DNA of 58,832 nt, taken from positions 1 to 58,832 of the forward strand of contig JBDRDK010000001.1 in NCBI GenBank assembly GCA_043820855.1, given 5' to 3'. Below are positions 1 through 9,743 of the stretch, one piece after another. Position 1 is the stretch's first letter. Each line of letters starts with the position of its first letter. The position numbers and the translations under genes were made by a program. Source of the DNA: a bacterium. Its GTDB lineage: Bacteria; Patescibacteriota; UBA1384; JBDRDK01. The notes below the pieces were generated by a model, which saw nothing but the letters and a program-made list of their open reading frames with translations, was not told where the DNA came from and ran no database searches.

Positions 1-2
1 TA

Positions 3-254
3 CCAACAAAAGATGACGTTTTTCCAGGGTTGGTAATGGAAGTGCGTGTTGTATGGGATGAAGATATACAGTTAGCTGATATGGGCGCAAGAATAGTAGC
101 TGGAGATGATACAAATAATTATTTAGCAAATACTTATAATGAGATTTTGCAAAACATAGAAGATGCGGTAACTTCATCAGTAGAGGATTATTTGCCTAAA
201 TTACAAATTGATCAACTAGACGCTCTAATTGAATCACTAGAATACATAAGTTAA
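3..254 (+). CDS. hypothetical protein, C-terminal fragment (open to left window edge)
   Basis: Frame stays open from nt 3 (PTKDDVFPGLVMEV...) to the stop at 252-254; no recognisable motif. Confidence 0.4.
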   Translation, partial: PTKDDVFPGLVMEVRVVWDEDIQLADMGARIVAGDDTNNYLANTYNEILQNIEDAVTSSVEDYLPKLQIDQLDALIESLEYIS

Positions 255-400
255 TTAAAAAAATAGAAAACCTATTAATTATTAACGGGTTTTATATTTT
301 TTACATAGTATACGTTAAATACTTTGCAAAAATTCGAAAATATATTAAAATATAATCAGGTCGAAGATATTATTAAGATCTTTATATTAAGGAGGAACAA

Positions 401-736
401 ATGGTTAATATAGGTAGATGGACATTTATTATCGGAGTTTTGCTGGCGATTTTAGCTGGTTTTTTCAATATTCCTAACTTAGCGATAGTTATGGCAGTTT
501 TAGGTTTGATAGTTGGATTCTTAAATATTGAAAAAACCGAAGCCCAGTTTTTCTTGATCTCAGTAATTGCATTGTTAATTATTGGTATTTCTAGTTTGTC
601 TGCACTGGATATATTTGGTTTTGAAATCTCTGGTTGGTTAACCACTGTAATCGGTAATTTTATTACTTTCGTTGGTTCAGCTGGTCTGATTGTGGCTTTG
701 CAATCTGTGTATCAGATGGTTAAGCCCGGCAGATAA
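401..736 (+). CDS. small integral membrane protein (about 4 hydrophobic helices)
   Basis: SD AAGGAGG at 388-394, 6 nt before the ATG; 111 aa almost entirely hydrophobic segments. Confidence 0.65.
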   Translation: MVNIGRWTFIIGVLLAILAGFFNIPNLAIVMAVLGLIVGFLNIEKTEAQFFLISVIALLIIGISSLSALDIFGFEISGWLTTVIGNFITFVGSAGLIVALQSVYQMVKPGR

Positions 737-818
737 ACAAAAAACCATAAAATGACTCCTTGTGAGTCGTTTTATCTGGGTAATTGGTCTTAAAGATCAA
801 AAAGATTTTTAAGAAACT

Positions 819-843
819 AAAACCCCGCAAAAAGCGGGGTTTT
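819..843. terminator. bidirectional intrinsic terminator hairpin between convergent genes
   Basis: AAAACCCCGC-aaaaa-GCGGGGTTTT, a 10-bp stem flanked by A/T runs, between the stops of 401-736(+) and 860-2440(-). Confidence 0.7.
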
Positions 844-859
844 AATGTGCCTCTTTTTC

Positions 860-2440
860 TTATGTTTTCTTCTTGTAATAGTAAGTTCCAAAAATTCCTG
901 CAAAAATTACAGCAAGGATTATCCATATCCACCAAAACCAAGTTTTACCTTGAGCTAAGGTTTCAGCTTGGACTTCATTGGATGGCTGACTCAGATTTCC
1001 AGATTTATCGTAAGTTTTAACAACAAAGTAATATTTAGAAGTTGGTTTTAGTTGATATATTGTTTTTTCATTAGCAGTACCGGTGTCGATATAATGATGA
1101 TAATTTTTTGATGCATCTCCACGATAAAGAATATATCCGCCAAGTTCATCATCTTCTACCTTTGTCCATCCCAAGTCTGCATATGATTCAGTTATGCCTG
1201 TTAGGCGAAGTTTTAATAGGTCGAGTTTTGCTGGTTTGTCTGGTGCGTCTTGATCCAAGGGAATTTGGAAAAATTCTGAGACATCAATACCAGATTTTGT
1301 AGTTGCGGGCTCAATAGCTTGTTGAGCTTCTTCACCGGGTTGTTGGTCTTCTTCTGTTGGTTCTTCTTCCTCTTCTCCACCTATTTCAACAGACATTGCT
1401 CGGGTAAGAAAACTAAAATCCTTTTCTAATTCAGCATAACCTTCAAAATAAGCTTCTCCTCCGATATATCCTCCTGGATCCGTGTAATACATTAAGGTAT
1501 TTTCTCCGGCAGCGCTATTTAAAAATAGGCGATAAATCTGTCCGGGAATGACATCGATTGGTTCAGAGAAAGTAAAAGAAATTTGAGTTTGGTCTGACTT
1601 TAAGTAGGTATAAGTTGTGCCTATAATTTGATCAGCTTGATTTTTTACTCGTAACCAAACTGTAGTATTGTTATCATCCGGGTGAATCCTTACAGGAAAT
1701 CGAACTTGACAAAGCGTACTTTTGGTTGGTGTATAGGATTGACCCATTTTATTCTGAACATTAGTGAAATTTTTGGTGCCGGTAGTACTTCCAGGCCAAT
1801 AAACCGCATCCGTAACACTACAAGCGGGCGTGGCATAAGCTTTTTCTATTCCTAAATTTTTCGCAGTTTGCTTAGTAATAGAAAATTTAAAAGTATTTAA
1901 TATTCCATCTAAAATTTCGGACAAAGTAGTTTTTTGGCTATTTTCTGCAAGTACAGCGTTAAAAGCGTAGATTTTTTTAGCTTTTACTGCCATTACAATT
2001 GTCCAATTACCGTTCTCAGTATCATCTTTAGTAAGTTTAATAGCTTTTTGACTGTCTAGAGTGATATTTTTAGATATATAACCATCACTGATGTAATTTT
2101 TTACACTATCTAATTCTGAGAGGTCAGAAATTATACCTTCAGTTTGGGAAACTGATATTTGGACAAAAGTAAATTTATCAGGGATTTTACTTAATTTTTC
2201 AAAGTTGGCAAAGCGGATTGCATCTGGTGGTGCTGGCTGAAATCCCTGCGCATGTAAATACCAGTTACTTGGAAAACGAGCCGTATAATTATGTATAGTG
2301 TTTTCATAAGTTTGCCAATTTGAATATTGATCTTTTTCTTGGGCTGGACGATTTAGAAAATAGAAAACAAGGTAAACAATTAGTCCGATAATTAAAATTA
2401 TCCCCAACACTATTGCCCATAATTTTTGATTTTTACTCAC
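860..2440 (-). CDS. membrane-anchored surface protein with acidic linker and C-terminal fibronectin-III-like module plus C-terminal TM helix
   Basis: N-terminal TM (LWAIVLGIILIIGLIVYLVFYF), GGEEEEEPTEEDQQPGEE linker, FN3-like LGWTKVEDDELGGYILYRG...YYFVVKTYDKSGNLS, terminal TM WFWWIWIILAVIFAGIFG. Confidence 0.7.
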   Translation of the reverse strand: MSKNQKLWAIVLGIILIIGLIVYLVFYFLNRPAQEKDQYSNWQTYENTIHNYTARFPSNWYLHAQGFQPAPPDAIRFANFEKLSKIPDKFTFVQISVSQTEGIISDLSELDSVKNYISDGYISKNITLDSQKAIKLTKDDTENGNWTIVMAVKAKKIYAFNAVLAENSQKTTLSEILDGILNTFKFSITKQTAKNLGIEKAYATPACSVTDAVYWPGSTTGTKNFTNVQNKMGQSYTPTKSTLCQVRFPVRIHPDDNNTTVWLRVKNQADQIIGTTYTYLKSDQTQISFTFSEPIDVIPGQIYRLFLNSAAGENTLMYYTDPGGYIGGEAYFEGYAELEKDFSFLTRAMSVEIGGEEEEEPTEEDQQPGEEAQQAIEPATTKSGIDVSEFFQIPLDQDAPDKPAKLDLLKLRLTGITESYADLGWTKVEDDELGGYILYRGDASKNYHHYIDTGTANEKTIYQLKPTSKYYFVVKTYDKSGNLSQPSNEVQAETLAQGKTWFWWIWIILAVIFAGIFGTYYYKKKT

Positions 2441-2548
2441 CTTGTACCTCCTTATTTTAAAGTTTTTATTGACTTATGTTTTTATTATAACATAAATTTT
2501 TTCAAAGATTTGTTATAATAAAGCTGTATTAAATAGAAAGGAGAGAAT

Positions 2549-2857
2549 ATGTATTGGTTAATATTGTTTACTGGTTTTGGCGGGGGATTAATTCGCGGTT
2601 TAGTCGGATTTATCAAATACCAATATTCCTACAAGGATGTAAGGTTTAAATTAACTTATTTTCTGTTTATGGTTTTTCTTTCTGGGGCAGTAGGAGTAGT
2701 TTCAGCGGCACTGCTATACAATATAATGTATCTTGATTCTGTTTCCGGACCTATATTTGGATTTATAGCTGGATATGCTGGCGGTGATTTTATAGAAAAT
2801 ATTTTTAAGATCACAATGAAAAAACCTTCTTTGTATAACTTGCCAGATTTAAAGTAA
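2549..2857 (+). CDS. small membrane protein
   Basis: SD AAAGGAGAG upstream; 102 aa with 3 hydrophobic helices. Confidence 0.6.
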   Translation: MYWLILFTGFGGGLIRGLVGFIKYQYSYKDVRFKLTYFLFMVFLSGAVGVVSAALLYNIMYLDSVSGPIFGFIAGYAGGDFIENIFKITMKKPSLYNLPDLK

Positions 2858-3049
2858 GTTTTGCCAATTAACAAAACTAGTTTAACGTATTATATTTGGA
2901 GTAGTATTTTATATTATAGGGAGGAGAAAAAATGAATTTCCTTACAGCTTAGATTTCGCAAATTTATTTTATACTATAATGTATAATATTTACGTATATA
3001 AATGTTTTTAAATGCACTACAATTATAAAAAATAATTTAGGAGGTAATT

Positions 3050-3622
3050 ATGGGAGAAACATTAGGTTCAAGTCCAGAAGAAATGGGTATTGAACCAGAA
3101 AAAACACAAATCGAAGACAGCTCTGAAGTTCGCGAAGCCGGAGCTATAGAAAAACAAAGAGAATTTCAAGAAAGGTGTGATGTTTTAGAAGAGACATACT
3201 TTCACCGTAAAAAACTTTCCAAAGAAGGAAGAAATTTTATGTTGAGTGAAGTAGTAGAAACAGCGGACCTAGAAGCCAGAAGAGCGGGTGTTCAAAAACC
3301 CAGAATTGAAATATACGAAGACGTACTTCATCGTCTTTTTACTACTGATAAACGTTATGGGATTACTGGAGGCTCACCGGAAGCAATACGAGCTATAGAT
3401 ACAACTGGGAAATTTGAAACTCCTACCCGGGGACCTAGATTGGGAATGACAAAAGAAGAAGCCGATAAATTATCACAAAACGCTATAACTGGTAGCCAAA
3501 AAAGCGAAATAGCAACAGTTCAACGTTGTACGGAAAAAATGAGGGATGTTATAAGGGAAATGCGTGAGGAATTACCAGTTTCAGATGACAAAAAGAAAGA
3601 AATAGCAAGTTTTGGAATTTAA
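3050..3622 (+). CDS. hypothetical protein
   Basis: SD TTAGGAGG 6 nt upstream of the ATG; 190-aa charged soluble protein with no recognised motif. Confidence 0.6.
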   Translation: MGETLGSSPEEMGIEPEKTQIEDSSEVREAGAIEKQREFQERCDVLEETYFHRKKLSKEGRNFMLSEVVETADLEARRAGVQKPRIEIYEDVLHRLFTTDKRYGITGGSPEAIRAIDTTGKFETPTRGPRLGMTKEEADKLSQNAITGSQKSEIATVQRCTEKMRDVIREMREELPVSDDKKKEIASFGI

Positions 3623-3636
3623 TACAATTTGTTGCT

Positions 3637-5253
3637 TTACTTGAGATCTTTAAGTAAACATTTGCCAGTCATTTCCTTGGGGATTTTAATATTATAAAGT
3701 TCAAGGATAGTAGGCGCTATATCAGCTAGCGTAAATTCAGATTGGATTATTTCAGGTAAAAGGCTACCTCGACGAATTGATTCTGGAAGAGGGGATTTGG
3801 GTAATTTATTATTTGGCGTTATATAAATCAAGGGAACTGGATTTAGAGTGTGGGTGGTTTCCGGATCCTGTTGTATCTCACCAAGCATCCTCTCCACTTT
3901 ACCGTGATCCGCAGTAATCATAACACTTGCTTCGGAGACTAAAGCGGCTTGAGTAATATTTTGAAGCGCTTTGTCTATTGTTGATACAGCACTAGCTACG
4001 GCTTCAATATTTCCTGAGTGACCAACCATATCTACATTACCAAAATTAGCTACAATAAAATCGTATTTTTTTGAACGCACAGCTTCAATAATTTTTTTTG
4101 CAATTTGTGGGGTTTGTCCTTCCGGAGTAGATTCGTAGACTTCAGGCCGCGGGGATTTAAAAAATGTTCGATCCTCGCCTTTAAATGGTTTTTCATGATA
4201 ACCGTTAAGAAAATAAGTGACATGGGCGTATTTTTCAGTTTCAGCTAAGTGAAGCTGTCTAAGATTTTTATCAGACAAAAGTTTAGTCAGAGAATTATCA
4301 AACGGTTTTTTGGGGTAAATTATTTCAACGGGCAGATCTTTGTGATAATTGGTTAGCGTGCAGAACTGTATGTTGGGTATAGGGGACAGACGCCACAAAG
4401 GTCTAAATTTTGGATCTGTAAAAACTGTGGTTAACTGCCTAGCTCTATCAGCTCTGAAATTAAAGAATATTATTGAATCGTATGGTAATACTCTAGAGAT
4501 AGATTGATTGTTCTCGTCCACTATAACAGTAGGTGGAATATTGATGTCAGTAAAATTGTTTTTATATGCATTTGCGCATACTTCTAAAGCGTTTTGGGAT
4601 TTATGTGAAGCTTTACCTTGAGTGATTGCGGTATAAGCCTGTTTTATTAGCCCCCAGTTTTGATCTCGATCCATAGCATATTGTCTACCCATAACACTGG
4701 CAACCTGACCTGTCTTTTTTTTCTGCATATGCTTTTGAATTCTATCAAGAAAAAGTATACCTTCATTTGCTGGGGAGTCAACTCCATCAGTTATTGCGTG
4801 TAAAACCACTTTTTTAATCTTATTTTTTGCTGCAAAATCAATTAATGCTTTTAAATGATCAATATGACTATGAATCTCACCGTCACTTACTAAACCTATT
4901 AAATGTAAGGTGGAGTTATGTTTGGTACAATTTTTGGCAACTTTTTTTAAAACTGGATTTTCAAAGAATTTTTTGTTCTGAATTTCAGATGAGATTCGTG
5001 ACAGATCTTGTAGTGGTAAAGTACCTGATCCAATTGCTGAATGACCGATTTCTGAATTGCCTACTTTATTATATTTTCCAACCATTTTTGAAAAAGCTTG
5101 TAACACTAGGTGCGGGTAATTTCGCCATAAATAGTTATAGACCTTGGGGTTTGCCATAGTAATAGCGTTACCTCCCCAGGCAGGACTTATACCCCAGCCG
5201 TCGAGTATAAGTAAAATTAATGGTTTAAAAAGCTGGGTTGATTTGGTTTTCAT
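3637..5253 (-). CDS. 2,3-bisphosphoglycerate-independent phosphoglycerate mutase family protein, divergent paralog
   Basis: LILDGWG, GNSEIGH, SDGEIHSH, FFNFRADRARQL, AETEKYAHVTYF, NFGNVDMVGHSGN, ITADHG, HTLNPVP. It has TDGVD instead of TDGRD and ADHGKVE instead of ADHGNAE. Confidence 0.85.
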   Translation of the reverse strand: MKTKSTQLFKPLILLILDGWGISPAWGGNAITMANPKVYNYLWRNYPHLVLQAFSKMVGKYNKVGNSEIGHSAIGSGTLPLQDLSRISSEIQNKKFFENPVLKKVAKNCTKHNSTLHLIGLVSDGEIHSHIDHLKALIDFAAKNKIKKVVLHAITDGVDSPANEGILFLDRIQKHMQKKKTGQVASVMGRQYAMDRDQNWGLIKQAYTAITQGKASHKSQNALEVCANAYKNNFTDINIPPTVIVDENNQSISRVLPYDSIIFFNFRADRARQLTTVFTDPKFRPLWRLSPIPNIQFCTLTNYHKDLPVEIIYPKKPFDNSLTKLLSDKNLRQLHLAETEKYAHVTYFLNGYHEKPFKGEDRTFFKSPRPEVYESTPEGQTPQIAKKIIEAVRSKKYDFIVANFGNVDMVGHSGNIEAVASAVSTIDKALQNITQAALVSEASVMITADHGKVERMLGEIQQDPETTHTLNPVPLIYITPNNKLPKSPLPESIRRGSLLPEIIQSEFTLADIAPTILELYNIKIPKEMTGKCLLKDLK

Positions 5254-6838
5254 TATTTTCTACCTTATTATTTTGAATATTATTATCTAATAAGCTTTTT
5301 GAGGTCATTTCAGTTGGAATCTCGAGTTTCAATAACTCTAGAATTGTTGGTGCGATATTTGATAATGTAAATCTGCCTGTTTTACGTAAATGATATTTAG
5401 TTGACTTATCGGATATAAGAATAAACGGTACTGGGTTATTTGTATGTTCAGTTTTCATATTTCCTGTAACCGGGTCTATTAATTCTTCGGCGTTTCCGTG
5501 ATCCGCAGTTAAAATTAAAACACCATTTGATTTTAGTATAGCATTAGTTATTTGTTCAATGCATTTATCTACAAATTCCAAAGCTTGTAAAGTAGCTTCT
5601 TGATTGCCTGTATGGCCTACCATATCCGGATTAGCAAAGTTTATCACTATAAAATCATATTTATTTATACTTTCAAGAGTTTTTTTTGTAATTTCACCAG
5701 CACTCATTTCTGGTGCAAGATCATAAGTTGCGACTTTTGGTGATGGAATTAATATTCTCTTTTCTCTTGGGAAAGGTTTTTCTCGGGCACCGTTGATAAA
5801 ATATGTAACATGAGCGTATTTTTCAGTTTCAGCTATATGAAGCTGTGATAAGTCCGCGTTTGATATTATTTCCGCTAAACAATTTGGAACTTCCTCATCT
5901 TGAAAAACCGGTTGAACCTTACCTTTGTATTCGCTTTCATAGGGCAACATTGATACAAAAAATAAATCCGGAATTTGTCTGCCTTTGTGAAAAGAGATAA
6001 AATTTTCCTGAGTAAAAGCTTTGGTTAATTGTCTGGCGCGGTCAGCCCGAAAATTGAAAAATATTATTGAATCATTACTAGAAATAAAACTAGTTGGTTT
6101 ATTATTTTTTTGAATTATTGTTGGTTTGATAAATTCATCACTGGTACCTTGTGAATACGACTTGCTGACCGCATTCATTGCGCTATCGGCTTTTTCTCCA
6201 ATACTCTGGGTAAGTGCAAAGTATGCTCGACTGGTTCTGTCCCAGCGATTATCTCTGTCCATAGCATAATATCTGCCACATACAGTAGCTATCTGTCCAA
6301 ATCCTAGTTTGTGCATAAAGTTTTCTAGATTTTGAATATATTTAAGTGCACTCATTGGATCACTATCTCTGCCGTCAGTAAAAACATGAATAAATACATT
6401 TGTACAATTTTGTTCTTTGCATATCTCAAGAATATGAAAAAGATGGTTGATGTGACTATGTATACCACCGTCACTAACTAGTCCCATCAGGTGTAGCTGA
6501 GAATTGTTTTTTTTAACATGCTGTATTGCTGTTAAGATTGTTTTGTTTTTTTTTAGACTGCCATCAGTAATTGCATTATTGATTTGAGATAGATCTTGAG
6601 GAATTAATCTGCCTGCCCCAATATGTATGTGCCCAACCTCAGAATTACCCACATCATGTTTTGGTAGTCCCACAGCTTCTCCCGCGGCTTCTAGTATCGT
6701 GTGGGGGTTTTCCCGCCACAGCTTATTGTAATTACGAACATTAGCAACTGAAAGTATATTTCCACCCCAAGCCGGGCTGATACCCCAACCATCAAGTATT
6801 ACTAGTACAATTGGTTTTGGTCTGATAGGATTTGTCAT
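5225..6838 (-). CDS. gpmI: 2,3-bisphosphoglycerate-independent phosphoglycerate mutase
   Basis: Full iPGM motif set: VILDGWG, GNSEVGH, SDGGIHSH, FTDGRDS, GRYYAMDRD, FFNFRADRARQL, AETEKYAHVTYF, NFANPDMVGHTGN, LTADHGNAE, HTNNPVP. Confidence 0.9.
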   Translation of the reverse strand: MTNPIRPKPIVLVILDGWGISPAWGGNILSVANVRNYNKLWRENPHTILEAAGEAVGLPKHDVGNSEVGHIHIGAGRLIPQDLSQINNAITDGSLKKNKTILTAIQHVKKNNSQLHLMGLVSDGGIHSHINHLFHILEICKEQNCTNVFIHVFTDGRDSDPMSALKYIQNLENFMHKLGFGQIATVCGRYYAMDRDNRWDRTSRAYFALTQSIGEKADSAMNAVSKSYSQGTSDEFIKPTIIQKNNKPTSFISSNDSIIFFNFRADRARQLTKAFTQENFISFHKGRQIPDLFFVSMLPYESEYKGKVQPVFQDEEVPNCLAEIISNADLSQLHIAETEKYAHVTYFINGAREKPFPREKRILIPSPKVATYDLAPEMSAGEITKKTLESINKYDFIVINFANPDMVGHTGNQEATLQALEFVDKCIEQITNAILKSNGVLILTADHGNAEELIDPVTGNMKTEHTNNPVPFILISDKSTKYHLRKTGRFTLSNIAPTILELLKLEIPTEMTSKSLLDNNIQNNKVENNENQINPAF

Positions 6839-8439
6839 ATAGTTAATATATTAGTTAGTGAATAACCGGTCATTTCAGCAGGTTTTTTTATGTGAAGTAA
6901 GTCGAGTATAGTAGGTGCTAAGTCGGCTAGTACTCCGATTGGTTGACTATTCAGAAATTGATTAATTTGATTTTGGTCTGAAGGAATATTTTTTTTGTTT
7001 TGTGGGGTAATAAGTATTACTGGTACAGGATTAGTTGTGTGATCTTTGCTGATTTGACCGGTTTCAGCAGTATACATCTCTTCAGCATTTCCGTGGTCAG
7101 CTGTGATCAACATACAATACGAATTTTTAGTAGCATTATTAACTAATATCTTTAAAGCGGAGTCAGTAGCTTCAACAGCTTTTACAGCAGCATCAAAATT
7201 TCCAGTATGACCTACCATATCCGGATTAGCAAAGTTTATTATAATAAACTGATGTTTGTGAGTATCTAAAGCTTTCCCAGCTTTTTTGACAATTTTAAAT
7301 ACACTCATTTCAGGTTTCAAGTCATATGTTGCAACTTTGGGCGATGGCACCAATATACGATCTTCGTTTTGAACCGGATCTTCTTTGCCCCCATTTAAAA
7401 AATATGTAATATGAGCATATTTTTCAGTTTCTGCAATATGTAACTGTTTCATTCCAGCTTGGGAGATAAGTTCTGGTAAGGTATTGATAATAGGTTGAGG
7501 TGGGAATATAATGGGGAAATCAAAGTGTTGATGGTATTTGATAAAAGAAATTAGGTTTAATTTTTTGTATGGGTTAGTATTAAATTGTTTTATTTGTTTG
7601 TCATAAAATGACTTTACTAATTGAACCATTCGATCTTCGCGAAAATTAAAAAATATAATACAATCCTCGTCATCTATCTTACCAAGCGGTTGGTTGTTTT
7701 CGTCGACAATTACTGTAGGACTAATAAATTCATCATTTAGATCTTTTTGATAGGCTTTTTGAATAGCTTCGTAGGCAGTTGTTGCATATTCTCCCATACC
7801 ATCAGCAATAGCTCGGTAAGCTGCTTCAGTCCTTTTCCAGCGACTATCCCGATCCATCGCATAATATCGCCCAATTACACTGCAAATTTTTCCAACACGG
7901 GATACGCGAGCTTTATCTTCGATTTTTTTTATATCTGTCAAAGCGATTTTGGGAGGAGAGTCTCTGCCGTCAGTAATAAAGTGAATACAGGTTTCGGGTG
8001 AACCGTTGTGACTTATCAAGCTTAACAAGGCTATAAGATGATCTATATGACTGTGTACGCCACCCTGACTAACTAGACCTATGAGGTGAATCTTTTTTTT
8101 GGTTTTTTTAGCTTTGTGGCAAGCATCAACCAAAATAGAGTTTCGAAAAAGACTGTTATCAAATATTGCATTATTTACACGAGCCAAACTTTGCCAAATT
8201 ACACGGCCAGCCCCAATATTGTAATGACCAACTTCAGAATTTCCTACTTCTCCCCAGGTCAGACCGACTTCTTCACCAGCCGCAGAAATACTACAGTGCG
8301 GATAATTAGTTAGATAATGGTCATAATTTGGTTTATGAGCTTTATTGATAGCATTACCAACTTTATTAGGGCTTATACCCCAACCATCCAAAATTAACAA
8401 AACCACCCCTCTGTATTTAGTAGAATCAAATTCAGTCAT
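6835..8439 (-). CDS. gpmI: 2,3-bisphosphoglycerate-independent phosphoglycerate mutase
   Basis: LILDGWG, GNSEVGH, SQGGVHSH, ITDGRDS, GRYYAMDRD, FFNFREDR, AETEKYAHITYF, NFANPDMVGHTGN, ITADHGNAE, HTTNPVP; 4-nt ATGA overlap with the next gene. Confidence 0.9.
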   Translation of the reverse strand: MTEFDSTKYRGVVLLILDGWGISPNKVGNAINKAHKPNYDHYLTNYPHCSISAAGEEVGLTWGEVGNSEVGHYNIGAGRVIWQSLARVNNAIFDNSLFRNSILVDACHKAKKTKKKIHLIGLVSQGGVHSHIDHLIALLSLISHNGSPETCIHFITDGRDSPPKIALTDIKKIEDKARVSRVGKICSVIGRYYAMDRDSRWKRTEAAYRAIADGMGEYATTAYEAIQKAYQKDLNDEFISPTVIVDENNQPLGKIDDEDCIIFFNFREDRMVQLVKSFYDKQIKQFNTNPYKKLNLISFIKYHQHFDFPIIFPPQPIINTLPELISQAGMKQLHIAETEKYAHITYFLNGGKEDPVQNEDRILVPSPKVATYDLKPEMSVFKIVKKAGKALDTHKHQFIIINFANPDMVGHTGNFDAAVKAVEATDSALKILVNNATKNSYCMLITADHGNAEEMYTAETGQISKDHTTNPVPVILITPQNKKNIPSDQNQINQFLNSQPIGVLADLAPTILDLLHIKKPAEMTGYSLTNILTI

Positions 8440-8441
8440 GA

Positions 8442-9743
8442 TTATTTTTTATAATTTGGCAACGTTGAAATACCTGCAAAAGCTGATTTTTCTGTTAGTT
8501 CAATCTCTATCTGGAGAAGTCTATTATATTTCGCAATTCTTTCGCTTCGTGTAAGAGAACCAGTTTTGATCTGTCCACATCCTATACCAACTGCTAAATC
8601 TGCAATATAAGTATCTTCAGTTTCACCCGACCTATGAGAAATTATTTGAGAATAACGGTTTTCTGTGGCGATCTCTACTGTTTTTAATGTTTCAGTTAAA
8701 GTACCTATCTGATTAGTTTTAATTAATATTGAATTTGCTATATTTTGTGTAATTCCAAAATTAAGTTTTGCTGGATTTGTAGCAAATATATCATCTCCTA
8801 CTATTTGCACCTTGTTTTTTAATTCATTTGTTATGTCTTCCCAGCCATTTTTGTCATCTTCGGATAGGGGATCTTCAAGTGAAATAATTGGAAATGCTTT
8901 TAATAATTCACGGTACATATTTATCATCCCGTCAGTATTTAGTGTTTGGGTACCCCTCTCAAATAAATAATTGCCATCTTTATAAAAAGTATTTGCTGCT
9001 ACATCCAAAGCTAAATAAATATCCTTTCCAGGTATTAATTTGGTATCTTCTATTGCTTGCATGATTAAAACAAAAGCTTCTTTATTGGAGGCTAGATTTG
9101 GTGAGAATCCGCCCTCATCACCGACCCCAGTAGGTAGATTCTGATTTTTTAGTAATTCATGTAGCGCGTTAAATACTCTTGATCCCCACTCCAAAGCTTG
9201 GTTGAAACTGCTAGCCCCACCAGGAATTATCATGTATTCCTGAATATCTAAATTATTGTCTGCATGAACCCCGCCGTTAATAATATTCATCATTGGTGTT
9301 GGAATAAGGAAGTCTGATACTTTTTTACCAAGTTTTAAGGAAAGATATTTGTATAGTGGTATATCTAAACTGTTTGCCGCAGCTCTACTAACAGCCAGAG
9401 ATACAGACAATATTGCATTTGCACCGAGACGTGATTTATTTTTAGTATTATCAAGCTCTATCATTATCTGATCAATTTTACTTTGCTCTTCGATATCTAC
9501 GCCCTGTAATATTCGAGCTATTTTTTGGTTTACATTGTTTACAGCTTTTTTTACTCCTTTACCGGAATATCGACTGTTGTCTCCATCTCTAAGCTCTAAA
9601 GCTTCTTCTTTACCTTTTGATGCACCAGAAGGTACCATGGCTATACCCGATATATCATCATCACACATTACTGTGGTTTCTAATGTTGGTACACCACGAG
9701 AATCTAAAACCTCTCGGGATTTAATAGTTTTTATTTTACTCAC
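8442..9743 (-). CDS. eno: enolase (phosphopyruvate hydratase)
   Basis: MSKIKTIKSREVLDSRGVPTLE..., SGETEDT, IKTGSLTRSERIAKYNRLLQIE; typical 433 aa. Confidence 0.95.
   Translation of the reverse strand: MSKIKTIKSREVLDSRGVPTLETTVMCDDDISGIAMVPSGASKGKEEALELRDGDNSRYSGKGVKKAVNNVNQKIARILQGVDIEEQSKIDQIMIELDNTKNKSRLGANAILSVSLAVSRAAANSLDIPLYKYLSLKLGKKVSDFLIPTPMMNIINGGVHADNNLDIQEYMIIPGGASSFNQALEWGSRVFNALHELLKNQNLPTGVGDEGGFSPNLASNKEAFVLIMQAIEDTKLIPGKDIYLALDVAANTFYKDGNYLFERGTQTLNTDGMINMYRELLKAFPIISLEDPLSEDDKNGWEDITNELKNKVQIVGDDIFATNPAKLNFGITQNIANSILIKTNQIGTLTETLKTVEIATENRYSQIISHRSGETEDTYIADLAVGIGCGQIKTGSLTRSERIAKYNRLLQIEIELTEKSAFAGISTLPNYKK

Noticed and set aside
382-645. Antisense or overlapping ORFs from the six-frame track: 382-645, 720-941, 784-1020, 1108-1302, 2656-2874, 4827-5159, 7747-8001, 8086-8313, 8345-8554, 9535-9771, 13432-13689, 13948-14301, 15301-15525, 19378-20022, 20815-21042, 21277-21468, 22076-22399, 23060-23269, 23708-23908, 26228-26440, 28100-28288, 31927-32145, 32187-32402, 32341-32532, 34242-34475, 35392-35613, 38359-38760, 38436-38618, 38757-38948, 39024-39218, 39291-39737, 42289-42546, 44799-45083, 46269-46454, 48292-48483, 50249-50443, 50872-51126, 51407-51625, 52403-52672, 52624-52860, 53266-53475, 54814-55023, 55881-56063, 56213-56471, 57279-57527, 58510-58701.
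   Set aside because: Each lies inside, or opposite, an ORF with clear family motifs or better start signals. Their translations are low-complexity or hydrophobic junk without motifs or an SD.
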